Shown here: positions 16,463 to 22,477 of the stretch, one piece after another
How positions within the stretch are numbered: the stretch's first letter is position 1
How the letters are laid out: each line of letters opens with the position of its first letter
From: an uncultured Gammaproteobacteria bacterium
GTDB lineage: Bacteria; Patescibacteriota; Microgenomatia; Levybacterales; UBA12049
DNA: 45,920 bases
Assembly (NCBI GenBank): GCA_964482825.1
Contig: CAYZZG010000001.1
Span: forward strand, 63,754 to 109,673
Direction of reading: 5' to 3'
Program-made: the position numbers and the translations under genes
Notes under the pieces: model-generated
What the model saw: the letters and a program-made list of their open reading frames with translations, nothing else
Database searches by the model: none
Told to the model about the DNA's origin: nothing

Positions 16463-17410
16463 ATGGCAAAGCAATCGTTTATGCAAGAGCTTGGTTTTAA
16501 AGTAAAAGAGGTAAAAACCGAACCAGAATATGGCGAATTTGTTATAGAGCCGCTTGAACCTGGGTATGGACATACTGTGGGAAATGCTTTGCGAAGAGTT
16601 CTCCTTACCTCTATTCCAGGAGCTGCGGCAACATCCATAAAGATTGCTGGTGTAAAACACAGATTCTCTACACTTCCAGGACTTAAAGAAAATATTGTGG
16701 ACTTAATTCTTAATATTAAAGGAATTAGCTTCAATCTTCTGGAAGATAAAACAAATGCTACCGTTAGATTGTCTGTAAAAGGTCCTAAGGAAGTGACTGC
16801 AGGAGATTTAGAACTCTCTGACGGCGTTGAGGTTGCAAACAAAAAACACTATATTGGTTCGCTGTCAGATAAAAAAGCAAAGCTTGAAATAGAATTTACC
16901 GTAGAAAGAGGATATGGATACGCACTTGCAGAAGAAGAAAAAGCAGGATCGCTTGGAATTATTCCGGTAGATGCTGTTTTCACTCCGGTTCGGCGAGTAA
17001 ATTACACCGTTGAGGCAACCCGTGTAGGACGCCAAACTAATTTAGATAAGCTCGTTTTTTCTATTTGGACTAATGGAACAATATCCCCAAAAGATGCACT
17101 AACCGAAGCGGCAAAAATTCTTGCATCTTACTTCCTGCAGATTTATGAGCCAAAGTCTTCCTCTCTGCAATCAGAGGTAGGAGTTGCAATTAGTCCTTCA
17201 GTCTCTGAGGATTTGCTTAAACTTACTATTGATGAACTTGATCTTCCGACACGTATCTATAATAGTCTTCGCAATGGAAATATAGAGACATTGGGACAAC
17301 TTCTTGGTACCTCTAAAAAAGACCTTATGGGAATGCGAAATATGGGCGGAAAATCAATTGCGATTATAGAAGATAAGTTAAGGGGAAAAGGAATATCGCT
17401 TACTGTGTAA
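16463..17410 (+). CDS. rpoA: DNA-directed RNA polymerase subunit alpha
   Basis: [25 protein letters not shown]-like motif. ATG 16463 lies after the rpsD stop, while the track start 16436 (TTG) overlaps rpsD. Confidence 0.94.
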   Translation: [315 protein letters not shown]

Positions 17411-17419
17411 GGAAATTCT

Positions 17420-17527
17420 AAATTCGAATTTCGAAATCCGAAACAAAGCCAAAATTCGAATGTTCAAATGATGAGAATTTATGTCATTTGAATTTGTTTC
17501 GAGTTTCGTGCTTCGGGTTTCGAATTT
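17420..17527 (+). repeat. ~108-nt hairpin built from ATTCGAA/TTTCGAA repeats (rpoA-rplQ spacer)
   Basis: AAATTCGAA 17420-17428 / TTCGAATTT 17519-17527 (9/9). TTCAAATGA 17463-17471 / TCATTTGAA 17484-17492 (9/9). Intermediate arms pair partly. Confidence 0.75.
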
Positions 17528-17535
17528 TTTGTACT

Positions 17536-18084
17536 ATGAAGAAAAATGTTTTTGGTAGACGATTTAAACGAGACACAAATGAAAGAAAAGCGCTTTTTAA
17601 GGGGCTTATGTCATCATTGGTACTTAAGGAGCGGATTAAGACCACAGAAGAAAAAGCAAAATCTATTAGAGGACAGGTTGAGAAACTTGTTACCAAGGTA
17701 ATGAAAAAAAATAGTGAATCATTAAGTTCTTCTCTGGGAAAATATCTTACTCCCCCTGCCATGCAAAAAATGATTGCCGAGATTGGACCTCGTTTTAAAG
17801 ATCGTAATGGTGGATACACCAGAATTATTCATATGGGTAATCGTTTTTCTGATAATGCTTCTATGGTAATTATGGAATGGGTGGAAGGAGAGGAAATTAA
17901 AAATGAAAAATTAAAAATGAAAAATTTAGAAATACAAGTTGAGAAAAAAAGCGAAGAAGATACAGTAAAAATGCAAAACGTTCAGAAAGCAAGAAAAGGA
18001 GTCAAGATAATCTCAAAAAAATTAACAGAAAAAATAAAAGAAACCGCGTCAAACGCGGCTGAGGCAAAGGAGAAAAAAAAGTAA
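17536..18084 (+). CDS. rplQ: 50S ribosomal protein L17 with Lys/Glu-rich C-terminal extension
   Basis: MKKNVFGRRFKRDTNERKALFKGL from ATG 17536. The track start 17488 lies inside the hairpin. Confidence 0.9.
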   Translation: MKKNVFGRRFKRDTNERKALFKGLMSSLVLKERIKTTEEKAKSIRGQVEKLVTKVMKKNSESLSSSLGKYLTPPAMQKMIAEIGPRFKDRNGGYTRIIHMGNRFSDNASMVIMEWVEGEEIKNEKLKMKNLEIQVEKKSEEDTVKMQNVQKARKGVKIISKKLTEKIKETASNAAEAKEKKK

Positions 18085-18085
18085 T

Positions 18086-18544
18086 ATGACAAAAGCAACA
18101 AAGCAGTCGGATATCAAAAGAGCATGGCACCTGATTAATCTTAAGGGAAAAATATTAGGCAGAAGTTCTACAGAAATAGCAAACTTACTTATGGGGAAGG
18201 CAAAGCCATATTTTATGAGAAACCTTGATTGTGGAGATTATGTTGTGATTATTAATGCAAAGCACGTTTCTGTTTCCGGAAAAAAAGAAGAAAAGAAACA
18301 ATACTTTCGATATTCTGGATATCCGGGTGGTCTTAGATCAGAAACATTAGGGCAACTACGTGAGCGAAAACCCGAAGAAGTTGTGAAACATGCTGTAAAA
18401 GGCATGTTGCCGCAAAATAAATTACGCGCTACAATGCTAAAGCGATTGTTGATTTTTGCGGAAGAACAATATCCTTATGAAGAAAAACTCAAAAGTCAAA
18501 GTTCAACCCTTCGACTTCACCCAGGGCGAGAAGTCAAAAGTTGA
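18086..18544 (+). CDS. rplM: 50S ribosomal protein L13
   Basis: 152 aa, WHLINLKGKILGR...YSGYPGG. Confidence 0.95.
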   Translation: MTKATKQSDIKRAWHLINLKGKILGRSSTEIANLLMGKAKPYFMRNLDCGDYVVIINAKHVSVSGKKEEKKQYFRYSGYPGGLRSETLGQLRERKPEEVVKHAVKGMLPQNKLRATMLKRLLIFAEEQYPYEEKLKSQSSTLRLHPGREVKS

Positions 18545-18600
18545 GGACTTTTTACTTTTGCATTGCAATTTTGCATTTTGCGTTTTGAATTTTAAATTTA
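18485..18600 (+). repeat. composite module: A-rich arm, GC core (18507-18532), A-rich arm, then complementary T-rich arm
   Basis: Overlaps the last ~15 codons of rplM. Contains the 20-nt ACTTTTTACTTTTGCATTGC (18547-18566), also present inverted at 44875-44894. Confidence 0.75.
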
Positions 18601-18604
18601 TTAT

Positions 18605-19093
18605 ATGGCCAGATTAACAAAAAAAACTGATGAGCAATTAGTACAAAAGAAGTCTATCGAGAAAAAAGAGTATGTCTACGCTGTGGGAAGAAGGAGAGAA
18701 GCAATTGCTCGGGTTAGGCTCTATGCTAATACAAAAGATGAGTTGCGTTGGGGAGACCTGGTTTTGGAAAAAGGAAAAATATACGTTAATCAACAGCCAG
18801 TCGAGAAATATTTTTCTACAGCAGCGGATAAGATTACATATGAAGGGCCATTTCAGACAACTAATACCATGGGTGTTTTTACTATTACTGCCAGAGTTGT
18901 CGGAGGAGGAAAACATGGGCAGCTAGAAGCAATGGTGCATGGTATTTCTAGGGCATTGGTAGCCTATAACACCAATTATCATTTGGCGTTGAAGAAAAAA
19001 GGATTTCTTACTAGAGATGCACGAATAAGAGAAAGGCGCAAAGTAGGAATGGGCGGCAAATCTCGCCGCGAAAAACAAAGTCCAAAGCGCTAA
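18605..19093 (+). CDS. rpsI: 30S ribosomal protein S9
   Basis: 162 aa, GRRREAIARVRLY...GGGKHGQ...RRKVG. Confidence 0.95.
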   Translation: MARLTKKTDEQLVQKKSIEKKEYVYAVGRRREAIARVRLYANTKDELRWGDLVLEKGKIYVNQQPVEKYFSTAADKITYEGPFQTTNTMGVFTITARVVGGGKHGQLEAMVHGISRALVAYNTNYHLALKKKGFLTRDARIRERRKVGMGGKSRREKQSPKR

Positions 19094-19779
19094 TGAACCA
19101 ACTGCTTTTCACCCTTTTCCTCGGTTTTCTTCTTGGCATAAAGCACGCATTTGAAGCAGATCATGTAGTTGCTGTTTCCACCATTGTCGCCAAAGAAAAA
19201 AATCCTTGGCAGGCAAGTTTGATAGGAGCGTTTTGGGGACTTGGGCACACCACCTCACTTTTTCTGTTCGGTCTTGTTATGCTAACATTCAAAATCTCTC
19301 TTCCTGCTTCTTTAGCATTGCTTTTTGAACTTCTGGTTGGTTGTATGCTCATACTTTTAGGACTGCGTGTTTTATTTCGCCAAGAAATATTTCATATACA
19401 CAAACACACACACAATGGAAAAGAACATGTTCACCAGCATGTTCATACATCTTTTGATAGGTCACATTTTCATCACAAAAAACCCTATGCAGTAGGAATG
19501 ATACATGGTCTGGCGGGAAGTGGTGGATTGATGCTTCTGGTGCTAGGTAGTGTCAATTCTTTTTTTCAGGGTCTTTCGTACATCTTAATTTTTGGTATAG
19601 GGTCGACACTCAGTATGACAATAATGAGTTTTTTGCTTGGTGTTCCATTTATGCTCTCAGCAAAAAAAATACCTTTCCTGCATCGCTATCTGGCAATTAT
19701 CGCGGGAGTATTAAGCGTATTACTTGGTGGAGTACTTATTTTTCAAATATCTACAAAACTGATGCCGTTTGGTATATAA
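19093..19779 (+). CDS. NicO/RcnA-like nickel/cobalt-type metal transporter with His-rich loop
   Basis: Polytopic protein, GIKHAFEADH motif, loop HIHKHTHNGKEHVHQHVHTSFDRSHFHH. TAATG overlap with the rpsI stop. Confidence 0.6.
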   Translation: MNQLLFTLFLGFLLGIKHAFEADHVVAVSTIVAKEKNPWQASLIGAFWGLGHTTSLFLFGLVMLTFKISLPASLALLFELLVGCMLILLGLRVLFRQEIFHIHKHTHNGKEHVHQHVHTSFDRSHFHHKKPYAVGMIHGLAGSGGLMLLVLGSVNSFFQGLSYILIFGIGSTLSMTIMSFLLGVPFMLSAKKIPFLHRYLAIIAGVLSVLLGGVLIFQISTKLMPFGI

Positions 19780-19932
19780 ACCAACGAAGATTACTTTATT
19801 GTCCAAGCATGCAGCAACCAGCCCTGCTGTCATATGACCTAAAGCATTCATTAAATTAGGAGCAGGAATCTTCTTATTCAGAACTGCTACAAATTTATGT
19901 GTTAAATATTCATTAGCTCTCATTGGTTTCAT
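19780..19932 (-). pseudogene. possible truncated DUF2000-like gene remnant
   Basis: N-terminal ~50 aa (KFVAVLNKKIPAPNLMNALGHMTAGLVA) resembles DUF2000 as recalled from memory. The ORF then runs antisense into the transporter gene. Confidence 0.25.
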
Positions 19933-19955
19933 ATTAACTGAGTGGATTCACTTCT

Positions 19956-20051
19956 TTATTTTTTCTTGCGCAGCATTGAGGGAAGAGCGATAAGAACAAG
20001 CGTTAGAACAACTATTGCCAGAATAAGATATACTAATAGAATATCTGTCAT
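19956..20051 (-). CDS. 31-aa hydrophobic peptide (MTDILLVYLILAIVVLTLVLIALPSMLRKKK)
   Basis: ATG 5 nt after the stop of the 65-aa ORF. Single TM plus basic tail. Not in the ORF track. Confidence 0.3.
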   Translation of the reverse strand: MTDILLVYLILAIVVLTLVLIALPSMLRKKK

Positions 20052-20056
20052 ATGTT

Positions 20057-20254
20057 TCACTTTCTTAAGGAAAGACTAGCAACCCAGCACGTAAATGTTA
20101 CAATCAATCCCAATATTATCGTAATGACACTAAACTTGTCAAGTAAAGCGGGTAGTACAACGGATGCAAGCGCAACTAAGCCTGCATCGGATAAAATATC
20201 AGATAATTTTTCAAGCTGACGTTCGCTTAACCTTAGTAAGCGGAATAACTTCAT
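20057..20254 (-). CDS. 65-aa small membrane protein, unknown function
   Basis: ORF with two hydrophobic segments, directly downstream of the tRNA. Confidence 0.4.
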   Translation of the reverse strand: MKLFRLLRLSERQLEKLSDILSDAGLVALASVVLPALLDKFSVITIILGLIVTFTCWVASLSLRK

Positions 20255-20285
20255 GTATAGATTCTATTATTGTTTAATTATAATG

Positions 20286-20359
20286 TCGGGGGAACTGGTT
20301 CCGCCCCAGCGACCTCTCGCACCCCATGCGAGTGCTCTGTCTATCTGAGCTATCCCCCG
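20286..20359 (-). tRNA. tRNA-Pro (anticodon GGG), non-canonical D and T loops, no encoded CCA
   Basis: Hand-folded 74-nt cloverleaf: acceptor CGGGGGA/TCCCCCG, D stem GCTC/GAGC, anticodon stem CTCGC/GCGAG, loop AT-GGG-GT, T stem GCTGG/CCAGT. Confidence 0.8.
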
Positions 20360-20387
20360 TTTCGAAAAAAAATACAAATTTTCCTTC

Positions 20388-20415
20388 TTGCATTTTATCA
20401 TAAATCTGTTATATT
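20388..20415 (+). promoter_or_regulatory. candidate recA promoter
   Basis: TTGCAT 20388-20393, 16-nt spacer, TATATT 20410-20415. Confidence 0.4.
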
Positions 20416-20424
20416 GAACATCAA

Positions 20425-21525
20425 ATGGCACGGCATAAGGGAAACTCAGAACCAAAACAATCGCACGGTCCTCAAACAGACGCTTCACAAAAACTCAACG
20501 CAATCAAAATGGCAATGGAGCAAATCCAGCAGCAATATGGCAGTGGGTCAATTATGAAATTCGGTGATGCTGCGCAAAAACTGGCTGTTGAAGTAATCCC
20601 AACAGGAGCATTTCCGCTTGATTTGGCGTTAGGTGTTGGAGGATTGCCTCGTGGAAGGATCATCGAAATTTTTGGTCCGGAAGCATCTGGTAAAACAACC
20701 CTTTGTTTATCGGTAATTTCCGAAGCGCAAAAAAAAGGCGGTGTGGCGGCGTTTATTGACGCAGAACATGCACTAGATCCCATGTGGGCGCAAATTATTG
20801 GAGTGAAGATTGAGGATTTGCTTATTTCGCAACCAGACACAGGAGAACAGGCATTAGAAATTGCCGAACATCTGATTCGAAGTGGCGGGATAGACATATT
20901 AGTTATCGATTCTGTTGCTGCACTGGTTCCACGGGCCGAAATAGAAGGAGAGATGGGAGATGCGATGGTGGGAGTGCAAGCAAGACTTATGTCGCAAGCG
21001 CTTCGAAAACTCACAGGAGTAGTTTCGAAGAGTAAAACAATTGTAATCTTTACCAATCAGCTTCGCCAAAAAATCGGCGTGATGTTTGGTAATCCAGAAA
21101 CGACCACCGGAGGTTTAGCTCTAAAGTTCTATTCCTCTATTCGTATTGATGTTCGGAGAATAGAAACTCTTAAAGATGGTGATAAAGCCATTGGTAACAG
21201 AGTGCGGGCAAAAATTGTCAAAAATAAAGTTGCGCCGCCATTTAGAGTTGCCGAATTTGACGTGATGGGAGATAGCGGTATTTCCAAAGAAGGGGGAATT
21301 TTGGACGTTGGTATCGAGACAGGCGTTATTCAAAAAAGCGGTGCATTTTTGCGATACGGCGACACAATGCTTGGACAAGGAAGAGAAGCGGCAAAAATGT
21401 TTCTTAAAGAAAAATCGGCACTAGCTCATAAAATCATCGAAGAAATCCTAAAGAAAAATAAAACCAGCGGTACTCCTTTGGCTGTTGGCGTTGAAGAAAC
21501 ACAGGAATCCACTCAAGATCTATAA
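20425..21525 (+). CDS. recA: recombinase RecA
   Basis: 366 aa, [10 protein letters not shown] Walker [17 protein letters not shown] motifs. Confidence 0.97.
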   Translation: MARHKGNSEPKQSHGPQTDASQKLNAIKMAMEQIQQQYGSGSIMKFGDAAQKLAVEVIPTGAFPLDLALGVGGLPRGRIIEIFGPEASGKTTLCLSVISEAQKKGGVAAFIDAEHALDPMWAQIIGVKIEDLLISQPDTGEQALEIAEHLIRSGGIDILVIDSVAALVPRAEIEGEMGDAMVGVQARLMSQALRKLTGVVSKSKTIVIFTNQLRQKIGVMFGNPETTTGGLALKFYSSIRIDVRRIETLKDGDKAIGNRVRAKIVKNKVAPPFRVAEFDVMGDSGISKEGGILDVGIETGVIQKSGAFLRYGDTMLGQGREAAKMFLKEKSALAHKIIEEILKKNKTSGTPLAVGVEETQESTQDL

Positions 21526-21533
21526 ATTTCCCC

Positions 21534-21564
21534 TTGACACCCGACTATATAGTCTACTATAGTA
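21534..21564 (+). promoter_or_regulatory. lexA promoter with two abutting perfect palindromes (candidate operator)
   Basis: TTGACA 21534-21539, TATAGT 21558-21563. GACTATATAGTC 21543-21554 and TACTATAGTA 21555-21564. Confidence 0.5.
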
Positions 21565-21569
21565 GTTGT

Positions 21570-22211
21570 ATGAATAAATCTGTTCTCACCGAGAGACAAA
21601 AACAGCTTCTTGATGTGATATATAAATATATCAAAGACACGGGGTATCCTCCTTCTTTTGAAGAAATGAAAAACAGCCTTGGTGTGGTTTCTAACCAATC
21701 AGTAATAGATTTATTAATGAAACTTGAAGGTCAAAAACTTATAAAGCGCAGTGGTTCTCAAGCCAGAGGAATAGTTATTCTACCATTGGGTTATGAGATT
21801 TTAGGACATCTTCTACAGATACCATTTTTAGGTGTTAGCCACGCCGGTTCTCCTACTGTACCATTCGAAATACAGGGAGAATGGCAACAGCTTTCACCTC
21901 AGGTTGCAAAACTTGAAGATGATGTATTTATTCTTCGGGTTTCCGGAGATTCAATGATTAATGCCGGCATCGATGATGGAAATAAAGTTTTGGTAAGAGC
22001 CCAAAAGGAATTTTCCTCCGGAGATATAGTTTTAGCTGATGTTGACGGAGAAACTACCATCAAAAGATTTATTTCAGAAGATAAACCACCGTATTTGTAC
22101 TTAAAACCTGAAAACCCCAATCATGAAATTGTTTACTTTACCGAGAAAGTAACATTAAAGGGTAAAGTCATATCAATCCTTAAGAAAGGACAATGGATGC
22201 CTGTATCTTAA
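21570..22211 (+). CDS. lexA: LexA repressor
   Basis: wHTH N-terminus (LTERQKQLLDVI), HAG-SP cleavage-site context, SGDSM Ser and TIKRF Lys. ATG 21570 lies downstream of the promoter. Confidence 0.92.
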   Translation: MNKSVLTERQKQLLDVIYKYIKDTGYPPSFEEMKNSLGVVSNQSVIDLLMKLEGQKLIKRSGSQARGIVILPLGYEILGHLLQIPFLGVSHAGSPTVPFEIQGEWQQLSPQVAKLEDDVFILRVSGDSMINAGIDDGNKVLVRAQKEFSSGDIVLADVDGETTIKRFISEDKPPYLYLKPENPNHEIVYFTEKVTLKGKVISILKKGQWMPVS

Positions 22212-22217
22212 ATTAAA

Positions 22218-22477
22218 ATGCCAACAGTAAAACTCAATAAATCAGAAGAAATAATTGGCAAGATTTTCAAAGGTCAAGAATTGGTTATAAATTAAATAGA
22301 CTCTACGGTTACTCATTCGACCGTATCGAAACTGAAAAAAGCATCCAATTTGGAACAGAAGTTCACGCGAAAAGAGCGGATATTGTTATCTTCAAAGAAG
22401 ATAAAATCACCCCCTACATTATCTTTGAAACTAAGGAGCCAAACGCCAAAAAGGCAGAAGAGCAACTAAAAACCTAC
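22218..22477 (+). pseudogene. HsdR_N / PD-(D/E)XK nuclease-like N-terminal region of the methyltransferase gene, out of frame with its own ATG
   Basis: ATG 22218 frame (MPTVKLNKSEEIIGKIFKGQELVIN) stops at 22293-22295. The methyltransferase frame is open from 22241 and encodes ...YGYSFDRIETEK...RADIVIF...PYIIFETKEP...LKTY with no ATG before 22478. Confidence 0.6.

Noticed and set aside
16360-16842. 160-aa minus-strand ORF antisense to rpsD/rpoA
   Set aside because: A shadow ORF within well-supported genes.
4950-18604. Whether the many short tandem repeats are CRISPR arrays
   Set aside because: The units are 6-8 nt and contiguous, or arranged as inverted arms. There are no 25-40-nt direct repeats separated by unique spacers and no cas genes.
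20388-20424. Search for a LexA/Cheo-type box (GAAC-N4-GTTC) or the lexA-type palindrome upstream of recA
   Set aside because: Only a lone TGAACA is present. There is no dyad symmetry, so no SOS box is called for recA.
20267-20557. 73-aa (-) and 95-aa (+) ORFs over the tRNA-Pro locus and recA leader
   Set aside because: The region folds into a complete tRNA cloverleaf. The ORFs have no SD or motif support and overlap the recA start.
20472-21056. 194-aa minus-strand ORF inside recA
   Set aside because: Antisense to RecA. A compositional artefact.
21534-21569. Longer lexA ORF starting at 21534 (MTPDYIVYYSSC...)
   Set aside because: That start coincides with the -35 hexamer of the lexA promoter. 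The LexA-like sequence begins at MNKSVLTERQKQLL (ATG 21570).
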